Shown here: one piece after another, positions 10,440-20,386 of the stretch
Position numbering within the stretch: the stretch's first letter is position 1
Layout: each line of letters begins with the position of its first letter
Source: Alphaproteobacteria bacterium
GTDB taxonomy: Bacteria > Pseudomonadota > Alphaproteobacteria > UBA828
NCBI GenBank assembly: GCA_963667785.2
Contig: CAXXMU010000006.1
Span: forward strand, 1-64,000
Length of the DNA: 64,000 nt
Direction: 5' to 3'
The notes under the pieces: model-generated
What the model saw: the letters and a program-made list of their open reading frames with translations, nothing else
What the model was told of the DNA's origin: nothing
Databases searched by the model: none
Program-made: the position numbers and the translations under genes

Positions 10440-11503
10440 GGTCCGGCCTCCCCGCGGGCATCCTTCTGGCCTTCGCCACCCGATCTTCCGTCAGAGCGCG
10501 GGGGCGGTCGCGCCAGCGCGGGGCCGAACGCCTGGGCAGCCGAGAACCGCACCGTCCACTGATGGAAGGCGACCGCAGCGACGATACCGACGCCCAGAAT
10601 CACCCGGTACCAGGTGGCATCCACGCCGGAGATCTGCAGCCCGGCGTTGAGGGTTGCGAGAAGCAGCGCCGCGAGAGCGGTCCCCACCACGGTGCCGCGT
10701 CCGCCGAACAGGCTCGTGCCGCCGAGAACGGCTGCGGCAATCGCTTGCAGCTCGAAGCCGAGGCCCAGCCGCGCGGGCACGGACGAGAGCCGCGCAGCCA
10801 TCAGGACGCCAGCGACAGCAGCGAGCAGGCCCGCCATGATGAAGACCGTATGGCGGATGCGCGCGACGTTGACTCCCGCAAGCTCGGCGGCGTCCCGCTG
10901 CATCCCGACGGCCTGAACGCGGCGCCCGAATGGCGAGCGCCTGAGAAGGATCTCAAGGCCGATGACCACACCGACCGCGATAATGATCGGGACCGGTATG
11001 CCGATCACCTTGCCGTGGGCGAGGAAGGTGAAGGCCTCCGTCTCTTCCACCACCCGCTCGAGCCGGAGCGGGCGGATGGAATCGAGAAGGCGGAGCGCTC
11101 CTCCGGCAACGCCAAGCGAGCCGAGAGTCACGATGAAGTCGTTGAGCCCGAGACGGGCGACGAGGAACCCGTTGAGCAGGCCGAAGAAGAGCCCGGTGCC
11201 CAGGCCGGCGAGGATGGCAATGCCGAACCAGTAGCCCTCGCCCATGACATACATGGAGACGCCGGCGCTGAAGCCCATGACCGCGCCGACCGAGAGGTCG
11301 ATACCGCCAGCGGTCAGCACGAAGGTCATCCCCACCGCGAGCAGCATGATGAACGCGGACTGGACGATCACGTTCAGCACATTGTCGATCGACCAGAACG
11401 CCGGTTCGAGGATCGAAAAGGCGAGCACGGCGATGACCAGGGCGAGGCCGATCGCCACACCGTCGGCAGCGAATGCCTGTCCGAGATAGCGGCGCATGAT
11501 CAA
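10436..11503 (-). CDS. Sugar ABC transporter permease (RbsC-like)
   Basis: GGIDLSVGA, AAELAGVNV, ELQAIAAAVLGGTSLFGGRG; alternative ATG start at 11497. Confidence 0.93.
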   Translation of the reverse strand: MIMRRYLGQAFAADGVAIGLALVIAVLAFSILEPAFWSIDNVLNVIVQSAFIMLLAVGMTFVLTAGGIDLSVGAVMGFSAGVSMYVMGEGYWFGIAILAGLGTGLFFGLLNGFLVARLGLNDFIVTLGSLGVAGGALRLLDSIRPLRLERVVEETEAFTFLAHGKVIGIPVPIIIAVGVVIGLEILLRRSPFGRRVQAVGMQRDAAELAGVNVARIRHTVFIMAGLLAAVAGVLMAARLSSVPARLGLGFELQAIAAAVLGGTSLFGGRGTVVGTALAALLLATLNAGLQISGVDATWYRVILGVGIVAAVAFHQWTVRFSAAQAFGPALARPPPRSDGRSGGEGQKDARGEAGP

Positions 11504-13104
11504 GCGGTTCCAGCCCCCACGGCGAGAGCCATGAAGCGCTCCTCGAGTGAATGAACGTCGGCCTCACCGCCGGCCTTCTGATAGCCCGGCAGCTCGCCCA
11601 CGATCTGCCCCTTGCGCATCACCAGAACACGGCTGCTCAACCCCAAGAGCTCGACCATCTCCGACGAGATGATCACCGCGCTGCCGCCACCCGCCACGTA
11701 GTCGTTGATCAGCTTGAAGATCTCCATCTTGGCGCCGATATCGACTCCCTGCGTCGGCTCGTCGAAGATGATCACTGCCGGGCCGGCCGAGAGCGCGCGG
11801 GCGATGATCGCCTTCTGCTGGTTGCCGCCGCTCAGCGAATCCATCGGTTGCCGGTTGCTGCGTGCCCGGATCTGCAAGTCCGCGATGTAGCGGTCGGCCT
11901 CGTCGGCCTCCATCCTGGAATTGAGAAGGCCAGCGCGACGAAAGCGCTCAAGCGCCGACATCGTGATGTTCCTTGTCACGCTGAACTCGGGCAGGATTCC
12001 CTGCGTCTTCCGCTCCTTGGGGACGTAGGCGATGCCCGCCGTCAACGCGCGGGCCGTGTTGCGGATGCCGACTCGCTTGTTCTGGATGTGGATCTCGCCC
12101 GAATCCAGGCGATCCGCGCCGATTATCGCCCGCGCGAGCGCGGTTCGACCGGCCCCGGCAAGGCCGCCGATTCCGAGAATTTCACCCCGGCGGACCATGA
12201 GGGAAACGTCCGTGAAGTCGCGGCCCCTCGAAAGACCTTCGACGCGCAGAACCTCGTCGTGATCGGCGGTCTCCGCCGCCGTTCCCTTCTGCTCGGCGAC
12301 GAGGCTTTCGATGGAGTCGACATCACGCCCGATCATCATTCTGACGACGCGGGCGGGCGTCACTTCTTTCTTCGTGAGCGTGCCGACCAGCCGGGCGTCG
12401 CGCAGGACGTGCACGCGGTCGGCCATCCCCTCGAGCTCCTCGAGACGATGGGTCACCCACAATACGGCGGTATCGCGCTCCTGCAGCCGGCGCATGTGGC
12501 GAAACAGTGCGACCCGCTCGTGCTCCGTCAGCCCGGCGGTCGGCTCGTCCATGATGATGACCTCGGAGCGGAAGGCGAGGGCCTTGACGATCTCGACGAT
12601 CTGCTTTTCCAGGCCGGAGAGATCGCGGACGGCGCGGCCGAGCTGCCTGATATCGAACTCGAAGTCTTCGAAGAGGGAGAGGACCTCCTGGCGCATGCGG
12701 CCGGTATCGACGATGTTCAGCACCCGTGGGAGCGGTCCCTTCAGATGCTCACGTCCCAGGAACACGTTCTCGATCGCTGTGAGGCTGTCGATGAGGGTCT
12801 GTTCCTGATGGATCGTGGTGACGCCTAGTTCCTGGGCGTGGTGCGGCGAGCGAATCCGCTTCGGCTCCCCGCGCACCAGGACCTGCCCGCCATCCGGCTG
12901 ATAGACGCCGGAGAGGACCTTGATGATGGTCGACTTGCCGGCACCGTTCTCGCCGACCAGCGCGTGAATGGCGCCACGCTCGATGGCGAAGCTCACATCG
13001 TCGACCGCGACCGTGCCGGGAAAGCGCTTCACCAGGCGATCGATCGCCAGCACCTCGGCTGCCGATCGGGCTACCTCCGGCGCGGTCTCGGCGGCCGCAG
13101 TCAC
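11500..13104 (-). CDS. Sugar ABC transporter ATP-binding protein (two NBDs, RbsA-like)
   Basis: GENGAGKST, MDEPT, LSGGNQQK, FDEPTQGVDIGAK. Confidence 0.95.
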   Translation of the reverse strand: MTAAAETAPEVARSAAEVLAIDRLVKRFPGTVAVDDVSFAIERGAIHALVGENGAGKSTIIKVLSGVYQPDGGQVLVRGEPKRIRSPHHAQELGVTTIHQEQTLIDSLTAIENVFLGREHLKGPLPRVLNIVDTGRMRQEVLSLFEDFEFDIRQLGRAVRDLSGLEKQIVEIVKALAFRSEVIIMDEPTAGLTEHERVALFRHMRRLQERDTAVLWVTHRLEELEGMADRVHVLRDARLVGTLTKKEVTPARVVRMMIGRDVDSIESLVAEQKGTAAETADHDEVLRVEGLSRGRDFTDVSLMVRRGEILGIGGLAGAGRTALARAIIGADRLDSGEIHIQNKRVGIRNTARALTAGIAYVPKERKTQGILPEFSVTRNITMSALERFRRAGLLNSRMEADEADRYIADLQIRARSNRQPMDSLSGGNQQKAIIARALSAGPAVIIFDEPTQGVDIGAKMEIFKLINDYVAGGGSAVIISSEMVELLGLSSRVLVMRKGQIVGELPGYQKAGGEADVHSLEERFMALAVGAGTA

Positions 13105-13108
13105 CTGC

Positions 13109-13807
13109 CTACCCCTTTTCTCTCATGAAGGGGATCAGATCCTCCCACACACAGTCATGCACGAAGTGCTCCTGAACGCTGTAGCTGCAGTCGTTGGTGT
13201 CGGCGAGCGACTCAGGCCCCGGGAACTCGACGATCTCCCAGCCGACCCGATCCTTGTTTCCTCCGTAGGCGGGATCGGCATACATGCCTTGGCGGGTGTG
13301 CAGACAGAGTGCATCGAAGAAGTTCATCCCGTCGTCGGCGACCCCCTGCAGCATGGTGCCGAGCGGCCCGGTATCGGTCAGCGTGACCGGCTTGGGCTTC
13401 GGCGCGCCTGACAGCTCCTCAAGCACGCCGTCCTGCTCCGCTTCCGTCAGTTCGGCGAATGGCTTGCCGTGGCGCCCGGCGGCGATGTGGTCGAGCTCCC
13501 TGATCCCTTCGCGATAGGTGCGCCGCATGGCGGCGTTCCGGGCTCGCCAGGCATCGGCGAGCTTCCCGCTCATCTGCAGGAAGCCGCTCCCGTCCGCGCT
13601 CGCGTAGATGTAGTCGATGCCGGAGAGATAGCGGTCGATGAAGCGGACGACCCGGGCTTCGCGCGCGCCGGGCTGGTGATCGGTGGGATAGATGCGCGCC
13701 GTCGCCGCGTCTATCGTCTCCCACTCATGATCGCTGAAGAACAGGCGCTCATTCGATTCCTGCGTGAGATCGGCGGGCGCCGCCGGCCAATCCGCCTTGC
13801 TTGCCAT
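13109..13807 (-). CDS. Gluconate 2-dehydrogenase subunit 3 family protein (GMC partner subunit)
   Basis: ARIYPTDHQPGAREARVVRFIDRYL and TRQGMYADPAYGGNKDRVGWEIVEFPG; adjacent to the GMC gene. Confidence 0.88.
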   Translation of the reverse strand: MASKADWPAAPADLTQESNERLFFSDHEWETIDAATARIYPTDHQPGAREARVVRFIDRYLSGIDYIYASADGSGFLQMSGKLADAWRARNAAMRRTYREGIRELDHIAAGRHGKPFAELTEAEQDGVLEELSGAPKPKPVTLTDTGPLGTMLQGVADDGMNFFDALCLHTRQGMYADPAYGGNKDRVGWEIVEFPGPESLADTNDCSYSVQEHFVHDCVWEDLIPFMREKG

Positions 13808-13822
13808 ACGCTCCCTCCGTCT

Positions 13823-15508
13823 TCAGGTAGACACCTCCACCCTGGGCTTGTCGAGGCGAAACTCGTTCCCGCTCGCGTGGTGTTCGACGATGTATTCGGA
13901 GCAGCGCCACGCATTGGCCATCATGGTGAGGGTCGGGTTGACCCCGAGAGCGGTGGGAAAACCGCTGCCATCGAGGACATAGAGGTTGGGCACCTCGTGG
14001 CTCCGGCACCACTCGTTCAGGACCGACGTGTCGGGGTCGAAGCCCATGCGCAGCGTGCCATGCTGATGGCAGGTGTTGCCGGTGCTGCGCTCCAGATAGA
14101 CCGGAATGGTCTTGGCGGCGCCAGCCGCGTCCAGGATCTCCTGGTTCTTGTCGACCTGCCACTTGGCCATCTTCACGTCGTTCGGATGCGGCTTGTGAGT
14201 GATCCGCGCGACGGGCAGGCCCCAGGCGTCCGTGACCTCGGGGTCCAGGTCGACCCGGTTGCTCTCCACCGGCATGTCGTGGAGGATCAGCCCGATCTTC
14301 ATGGAGTAGTTGTAGAAATCCCGGTCGCCGTCCTTTGCCGCCTCGCCCCAGAGCGGCCGGCCGGGGAAATTCCAGTTGATCGGATGGCCCACCTGTGACG
14401 CGGCGATGATGCAGCCGCCGATATGGCCGCGCTTCTCGTCGGTCTCGTAGAACTGCATCGAGCCACCGCTGATGTAGTGGCCGGCAAAGCCGCACAGCGG
14501 GCCGTGGAGCTCACGCTCGAACAGGCCGATGGCGTAGAGATACTCGTGGAAGGTGGCGTTCTTGCCCACCAGGCCGCTCGCGTTCCCCAGGCCGTCCGGG
14601 AAGGCGGCGGATTCGGAGAGCAGCATCAGTCGGGCAGATTCGATCGCGCCCTGGCAGAGCAGCACGAGGCGCGCCTCCTGCTCCACTTCCCGCCCGTCGA
14701 TGTCGAGATAGACGACCCCCTTCGCCGTGCCGTCGGCCCGGGTGGTCACGCGGGTCACGTAGCATTCGGGCCGCAGCTCGTAATTCCCGGTCGCAAGCGC
14801 CTCGGGAATGAACGTGGTCGCCGCGTTGGAGCGTGTCGTCGTGGGATCACCGTACTGGTTCCAGAATCCGGTCCAGTTGGACGGGTTGCGCCCCTTGTGG
14901 GCGGTCGACACCATGGCGTGTGGCAGGGGAAAGCCGTTGATGCCGAGCTTGGCGCAGGCGTCGTAGAACACCTTCCCGAACCTAGTAGGGGGTCTCGGCG
15001 GGCTCGGATAGGGCCTGCTGCGCGGCGGCGCGTACTTGTCCGCCCCGTCAAGGCCGGTACAGCCGAACTCCCACTCGACCTTGCTCAGATAGGGCTCGAG
15101 GTCGTCGTAGAGGAAGGGCCAGTCGGCGAGGTTGGCGTCCGGCAAGTCGCCGTGCAGCGTGCGCTGTATGAAGTCCGACGGCATCGGGCGGGGAAGCCAG
15201 CCCGCCCAATGGACCGTCCCGCCGCCGACAAGCTGTGGAAGCGGCGAGAACGGGAACAACTCCGTGGGAGAGTCCTCGTCCTCCCGGACCGTGCGCGGCT
15301 TCAGCGTGGGGTCGGGCCACAAGAAGTTCCGGTTGACGTATTTTAGCTCGTCCCCGGAATAGTCCTCCGGCTTCAGCCACGGGCCCCGGTCGAGGCCCAC
15401 AACCTTAAACCCCGCCTCGCTCAGGACCTTGGCCGCGGTGGAGCCGGAGGCACCGCAGCCGACGATCACGGCATCCACCGGCTCCGGTTTCGCGGCATGA
15501 TCATTCAT
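13823..15508 (-). CDS. GMC family FAD oxidoreductase
   Basis: GCGASG Rossmann motif, VGGGTVHWAG, C-terminal HQHGTLRMG and NPTLTMMA. Confidence 0.94.
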   Translation of the reverse strand: MNDHAAKPEPVDAVIVGCGASGSTAAKVLSEAGFKVVGLDRGPWLKPEDYSGDELKYVNRNFLWPDPTLKPRTVREDEDSPTELFPFSPLPQLVGGGTVHWAGWLPRPMPSDFIQRTLHGDLPDANLADWPFLYDDLEPYLSKVEWEFGCTGLDGADKYAPPRSRPYPSPPRPPTRFGKVFYDACAKLGINGFPLPHAMVSTAHKGRNPSNWTGFWNQYGDPTTTRSNAATTFIPEALATGNYELRPECYVTRVTTRADGTAKGVVYLDIDGREVEQEARLVLLCQGAIESARLMLLSESAAFPDGLGNASGLVGKNATFHEYLYAIGLFERELHGPLCGFAGHYISGGSMQFYETDEKRGHIGGCIIAASQVGHPINWNFPGRPLWGEAAKDGDRDFYNYSMKIGLILHDMPVESNRVDLDPEVTDAWGLPVARITHKPHPNDVKMAKWQVDKNQEILDAAGAAKTIPVYLERSTGNTCHQHGTLRMGFDPDTSVLNEWCRSHEVPNLYVLDGSGFPTALGVNPTLTMMANAWRCSEYIVEHHASGNEFRLDKPRVEVST

Positions 15509-15553
15509 GGTTACCCCGGTGCGGTGATTGCAAGGCTCGGCCGCACCACGGCC

Positions 15554-16108
15554 CTACTCGGCTGCAGCGGCCCTCTTCGATGTCTGCGCCTCCGCCAGAT
15601 AGCGGACGATCTCGCGGGCGAAGGCGGGCAGGTCCGGCGGAGTCCGCGAGGTAATCACGTTGCCGTCTATCACCACCTCTTCGTCCACCCATGTGCCGCC
15701 GGCGTTCTCGACGTCGACGCGGATCGGGTCGTATCCCGTGGCGCGCCGCCCCTTCACCGCGCCGGCCGAGACCAGCATCCAGCCGCCATGGCAGATCGAG
15801 GCGACCAGCTTGCCGTCCTCATAGGCGCTCCTGACGAGATCGACCATGGCCGGGCAAAGGCGCATGTAATCCGGTGCGAAACCGCCCGGAACGATGACGG
15901 CATCGAAATCGTCGGCGCTGACATCGTGCGCCGACACGTCGGCATCGATCGGGTAGCCGAGCTTGCTGCCGAAGGTCGTCTTGCGGCCGCTGCCGACGGC
16001 AGTGACCGTCGCGCCGGCCTCCTGCAATCGCAAATTCGGGTACCAGACCTCCAGTTCCTGATACTCCTCCTCGACGAGGAGGGCCACTCGCTTGCCAGTC
16101 AGATCCAT
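15554..16108 (-). CDS. DJ-1/PfpI family protein (type 1 glutamine amidotransferase-like)
   Basis: YQELEVWYP, VIVPGGFAPDYMR, ASICHGGW, ITSRTPPDLPAF; GGAGG upstream of the ATG at 16108. Confidence 0.92.
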   Translation of the reverse strand: MDLTGKRVALLVEEEYQELEVWYPNLRLQEAGATVTAVGSGRKTTFGSKLGYPIDADVSAHDVSADDFDAVIVPGGFAPDYMRLCPAMVDLVRSAYEDGKLVASICHGGWMLVSAGAVKGRRATGYDPIRVDVENAGGTWVDEEVVIDGNVITSRTPPDLPAFAREIVRYLAEAQTSKRAAAAE

Positions 16109-16124
16109 CTGAGCCTCCGTATAA

Positions 16125-16165
16125 GGGAAGGCGGGCGCCGACAATCACGTCCGGCGCCCGTTCCC
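16125..16165 (-). terminator. Stem-loop after the substrate-binding protein gene
   Basis: GGGAAGGCGGGCGCCG ... CCGGCGCCCGTTCCC inverted repeat; no U-tract, so more likely an mRNA-stabilising or partial-termination hairpin. Confidence 0.4.
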
Positions 16166-16169
16166 GCTT

Positions 16170-17339
16170 CTATCCGGAAATTTCCTCGGCGCCGAGTGCC
16201 CACGTCACGTACGCATCGGCGTATTCGACGTTGGTCTTGTCAACCACCTTGGTCGGCTGATTATGCAGTCGGCCGACGGTGTGCTGCAAGACGACAAGCT
16301 CGAACGCCATCCGCACCGACTCCAGACCCTGATCGACCGTACCCACGTCGATCGTCGCCGTGAGCCGGCCGTCGCGGATTTCCTGGTAGCCCGAGCGCAG
16401 GCCGTCGGCGCCGATGGTGAGAATTCCATCGGTGCCGTCCCAGTGCTTGAGCCCGAGCGACGAGATCGCGAGAGAGGCGCCGAGGCCCATCTCCTCGTTC
16501 TCGCCGTAGACGGCGTTGACGTTGGGATTGGCGCTGAGCAGGTTCTGCGCAGCGGCGAAGCCCTTGTCCCGGACATAGCCGCCGTCGGCCTTGCCGACGA
16601 TCTCGAGGCCCGGATACTCCTGCAGCGCGAGCTTCAGCCCGTTGTCGCGGGACTCCGCCCAGTGGCCCGACGGTCCCCAGACCTGTAGCATCTTGCCCTC
16701 GCCCCCCAGCTGCTGGGCAATGTACTCGCCGGCGATGAAGCCTGCCTGGAGCGCGTTGTTGTAGCCGACGGCGGTATCCGACTGCACCTCGTCGATCGGC
16801 CAGAGCTCCATTGGCATGTTGAGCTGGATGATCCGCGTGCCCTTCGCCCGCGCATCGGAGAACACCTTCTGCATCGCTTTGAAGTCGCCCGCCGTGCAGA
16901 TGATGATGGCGTCCATGCCGGCCGTGACCCAGTTCTGGATCAGGTCGAAATGCTCTTCGACAGTGTCGAAGTCGCCGGTCGGTGCCGCCCTGTGCCATGA
17001 CCACTGAACACCGAAACGTTCGGTGTATTCGTGGCACCTGCGCCAGCACGCATGCTCGATCTCGTCGAAGAACTCGGAGAGCACGGGCGGCGTGAAGCCG
17101 ACCTTCAGCGTCCTTCCCTCAGCCATCGAGCGGATGATCGCGTCATACTCGGGAATCGCGAACCCGCCGCTCAAATGGCCGTCGGCAGCCGCCGGCCGGG
17201 TGCCCGCGGTAACGCCGCCGGCGACGATCCCTGCGCCGGCCGCGGCCACCGCTGCGCCCTTCATCACCGACCGTCTGGTCACGGTGTTCGGCGCATTCTC
17301 CTCATCGTACCACTTGGTCGGAATCCGTCTCCTGGCCAT
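16170..17339 (-). CDS. Sugar ABC transporter substrate-binding protein with twin-arginine signal
   Basis: TRRSVMKGAAVAAAGAG...AAA Tat-like leader; periplasmic binding protein type I motifs (VYGENEEMGLGA, IGADG, LTATID). Confidence 0.9.
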   Translation of the reverse strand: MARRRIPTKWYDEENAPNTVTRRSVMKGAAVAAAGAGIVAGGVTAGTRPAAADGHLSGGFAIPEYDAIIRSMAEGRTLKVGFTPPVLSEFFDEIEHACWRRCHEYTERFGVQWSWHRAAPTGDFDTVEEHFDLIQNWVTAGMDAIIICTAGDFKAMQKVFSDARAKGTRIIQLNMPMELWPIDEVQSDTAVGYNNALQAGFIAGEYIAQQLGGEGKMLQVWGPSGHWAESRDNGLKLALQEYPGLEIVGKADGGYVRDKGFAAAQNLLSANPNVNAVYGENEEMGLGASLAISSLGLKHWDGTDGILTIGADGLRSGYQEIRDGRLTATIDVGTVDQGLESVRMAFELVVLQHTVGRLHNQPTKVVDKTNVEYADAYVTWALGAEEISG

Positions 17340-17388
17340 GCCTGTCACTCCTTCTCTCTTCGTTGTGCGGATGCTCGGCGACACTCAC

Positions 17389-18095
17389 TCACGTCATGTC
17401 GATGAACTCTTTGCTCGTCCGCACGTCTCCATAGTTCATCTGGATATTCCGCAGCGCCTCCCAGTGCTGCCCGGTTCCCATGGGCTGCCCCTGGCCCGAA
17501 TGGGGGATGGAGGTGGTGCAATCCGCCAGCACCACCATCTTGTAGGTCTTGTTCCAGCCGTCGATGCAGGTCGCGTGGGCACAGTTGGCGCTGGTCACGC
17601 CGGCGATGACGACAGTGTCGCAGCCCCGCCCCCGCAAGTACTCGTCGAACTCCGTGTTGTAGAAGGAGCTGAAGCGGCTCTTGCGCATGACAATCTCGTT
17701 GTCGGCCGGCTGGATCGCATCGTCGAGCTCCGCATCGCGCTGCCCCCACGTCGCAGGCGAATCGGGAGTTCCCGGATTCATGCCCGGCCACTTGAGGGCG
17801 CAGATGCCTTTGTCGGCGCCGTCGCCGCGCAGGCCCCACGCCGAATAGAACACGGGGATTCCGATCGAACGGCAGTGGTCGATGACCCGGCAGATCGGCT
17901 CGATGACGTCCTTGCCTTCCGGCGCACCGGCGACGCTCGGGATATAGGCGGCCCCGGCGGGGTCCACACAGAGCTTCTGGATGTCCATCGCCAGCAGGGC
18001 GGTCGCGACGTGTCGAACTCCGGTACCGCGAAGACGTCGCGGGAGACGACCTCATCAAGATGCTCGTAGGTGTAGTCGAGTGAAGACACGCCCAT
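17389..18095 (-). CDS. Isochorismatase-like cysteine hydrolase (one -1 indel near 18004)
   Basis: ATG at 18095 with [11 protein letters not shown]; MGVSSLD...FDTSR joins TALLAMDIQ after a 1-nt shift. Triad Asp (MDIQ), Lys (RKSRFSSF) and Cys (SANCAHAT) present. Confidence 0.88.
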
Positions 18096-18167
18096 TCCTC
18101 CCTCTTTGGTGCGGAGACGGGACCTCATCCGAGGCGCCCGCTTTCGCCGTCGCACAGAAATCTGTTG

Positions 18168-18197
18168 CATCAGACATCAGACATGATACGTTGTCAA
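18168..18197 (-). promoter_or_regulatory. Sigma70-type promoter of the leftward operon overlapped by three 7-bp direct repeats (probable GntR operator)
   Basis: Minus strand TTGACA-N17-TCTGAT; plus strand CATCAGA CATCAGA CATGATA at 18168-18188; divergent from the GntR gene. Confidence 0.6.
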
Positions 18198-18332
18198 GCG
18201 TTGTGTGCTGGTTTTTGAGCATCCGCGCCGATACACATCACGGTGCGGTGCCCGGCGAGCCCAGTCGGGTACCGCGTCCGAAACCGCATGAGGTTGGCTG
18301 GTCGACGATCCGCTGCCCGGAGGTGACGACGC

Positions 18333-19034
18333 GTGTTTGAGAAGAGCTCGCTCGGCGAGCAGGTTGCCGAAGCGCTGAAAAACGAAATCCTGTCCGGGCG
18401 TCTCGCTCCGAAGCAGCGGATCGATATCGGCAGATACGCGTCGGACTGGAATGTCAGCTCGACGCCGATGCGCGACGCGGTAAAGCAGCTGGAGGCAGCC
18501 GGCCTAGTCGAGGTGTCACCCCGGCGCGGGGTGTACGTCTCCGAGATCGACCGACAGGAGCTGCGCGAGATCTTCGAGCTGCGGACAGCCCTCGAAAGTC
18601 TGGCGATCCGCTCGGCGACCGCGCGGATGCCGGAAGCCGAGGCGGAGCGGGCACTCAGCCTCTACAGGTCGGCCGAGGAAGCGTCCGATGAGCAGGATCG
18701 CGAGCGTATCCTGCGCGACATCGATGCGCTGATCCACGATCTCGCCGTCGAGTACTGCGGCAATCGCCGGCTCATCGAGCTCATTGAGAATCTCCGGGCA
18801 CTGATCAATTGGAGCCGAAGCACGCTGATCAGCCATCTGGAACGCCCCTACGCAGAGGCGTTGCCGGAGCATATCGAGATCGCCGAAGCACTATGCGCAC
18901 GCGATGGCGAAAGGGCCGCTGCGGCCATGCGGACACATCTGGAGAACTCCTACAACCGGATCGCGACTGTCCTTGACGGGAGAGCGGTCGCACACACCGA
19001 CGAAGGGATCACCGGTGCGGATCAGCAAGGTTGA
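18333..19034 (+). CDS. GntR family (FCD domain) transcriptional regulator
   Basis: wHTH VSSTPMRDAVKQLEAAGLVEVSPRRG; FCD motifs IFELRTALESLA, EHIEIAEAL, AMRTHL. Confidence 0.94.
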   Translation: MFEKSSLGEQVAEALKNEILSGRLAPKQRIDIGRYASDWNVSSTPMRDAVKQLEAAGLVEVSPRRGVYVSEIDRQELREIFELRTALESLAIRSATARMPEAEAERALSLYRSAEEASDEQDRERILRDIDALIHDLAVEYCGNRRLIELIENLRALINWSRSTLISHLERPYAEALPEHIEIAEALCARDGERAAAAMRTHLENSYNRIATVLDGRAVAHTDEGITGADQQG

Positions 19035-20187
19035 GACATTCATCCTGCGCGTGCCGCTGGGATCCAAGACCTTCCGCTCGTCACAGGCCAGGTTTCCCGA
19101 ACGCAACTCCCTGCTCGTCCGGGTCACGACCAGCGACGGCATCGTCGGCTGGGGCGAGGGTGGCCAGTACGGGCCGCCGGAGCCCGTGGCGGCGTGCATC
19201 GATCGGGTGCTCGCGCCGCTGATCGTCGACCGCCCGTTTTCCGAGCCGGTAAGGCTGTGGGAGCAGCTCTACACCCACAGCCGCGATTTCGGCCAGAAAG
19301 GCACCTACATTGAGGCGTTGAGCGCGCTCGACATCGCCCATTGGGACATCTGGGGAAAGGCGCTCGGCCAACCGATCCACGCCCTTCTCGGCGGCGCCTT
19401 TCGCGATCGGATCCAAGCCTACGCGACCGGGTGCTACTACCCCGAGGAGATCGATGCCGGCTCCGCGTCGCTCGATGCCCTCGCAGCCGAAGCCGAAGAG
19501 CACGTCCGCTCGGGCTTCTCCACGCTCAAGATGAAGATCGGCCTGCTGCCGGTCGCCGCAGACGGGGCCCGGGTCGCCGCCGTTCGCAAGGCGATCGGCC
19601 CGGATGTCGCCCTGCTCGTGGACGCCAATCACGCCTACAACGCTGCGGGCGCCATCCGCATGGGGCGCGAGTTGGAGCGTTGGCAGGTTAGCTGGTTCGA
19701 AGAGCCGGTGGTACCGGAAGACCGTTCCGGCTACCGCCGGGTGCGGGACGCGCTCTCCATCCCCGTCGCAGGCGGCGAGTGCGAGTTCACGCGCTACGGC
19801 TTCCGCGATCTGTTCGAGGGCGAATGCGTGGACATTGCCCAACCCGACCTCTGCGTCTGCGGCGGGTACTCGGAGTGGTTAAAGATCCAGGCCCTGGCCT
19901 CGGCGCACAGCGTGCTGACCATTCCCCACGTCTGGGGCTCAGGTGTCGCGCTCGCGACCGCGCTGCACGCGCTTGCCGTGGTGCCACCGACGCCGCACAC
20001 CGACAACCCGGTGCCGATCCAGAACGAGCCGGTGGTCGAGTACGACCGCCAGCCCAATCCCCTGCGCGACGATCTGCTCGTGGAGATCTTTGCGCTGGAG
20101 GATGGCTGCCTCGCCGTGCCCAGTGGCCACGGCCTGGGAATCACGGTGAACGACGAGGTGGTCAATAGGTATCGAACCGAGGCTTGA
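19015..20187 (+). CDS. Mandelate racemase/enolase superfamily enzyme, D-galactarolactone cycloisomerase (Gci)-like
   Basis: KMKIG, metal ligands DANH / WFEEP / GGECE, QPDLCVCGG, PHVWGSG, EYDRQPNPLR. These recall Agrobacterium Gci motifs; GTG start at 19015. Confidence 0.88.
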   Translation: MRISKVETFILRVPLGSKTFRSSQARFPERNSLLVRVTTSDGIVGWGEGGQYGPPEPVAACIDRVLAPLIVDRPFSEPVRLWEQLYTHSRDFGQKGTYIEALSALDIAHWDIWGKALGQPIHALLGGAFRDRIQAYATGCYYPEEIDAGSASLDALAAEAEEHVRSGFSTLKMKIGLLPVAADGARVAAVRKAIGPDVALLVDANHAYNAAGAIRMGRELERWQVSWFEEPVVPEDRSGYRRVRDALSIPVAGGECEFTRYGFRDLFEGECVDIAQPDLCVCGGYSEWLKIQALASAHSVLTIPHVWGSGVALATALHALAVVPPTPHTDNPVPIQNEPVVEYDRQPNPLRDDLLVEIFALEDGCLAVPSGHGLGITVNDEVVNRYRTEA

Positions 20188-20386
20188 TGGAGCACTGAAG
20201 CCACGTCAGCGAAAGACGAAGGGTGAAGCTGTCTCCGCCGGACACCGCCCGCCCAGCAAAGCCGCCATTCGGTCCCTGTCCCTTTGGCGCTGACCCCATC
20301 GCCGATAGAGTCGAAGTTGCCGTCCGCGTCCGGGCCGCTCGGCTAGGCCGGACGACCGCTCGTGGGGCCGGAACCGGAGCCTTCTG

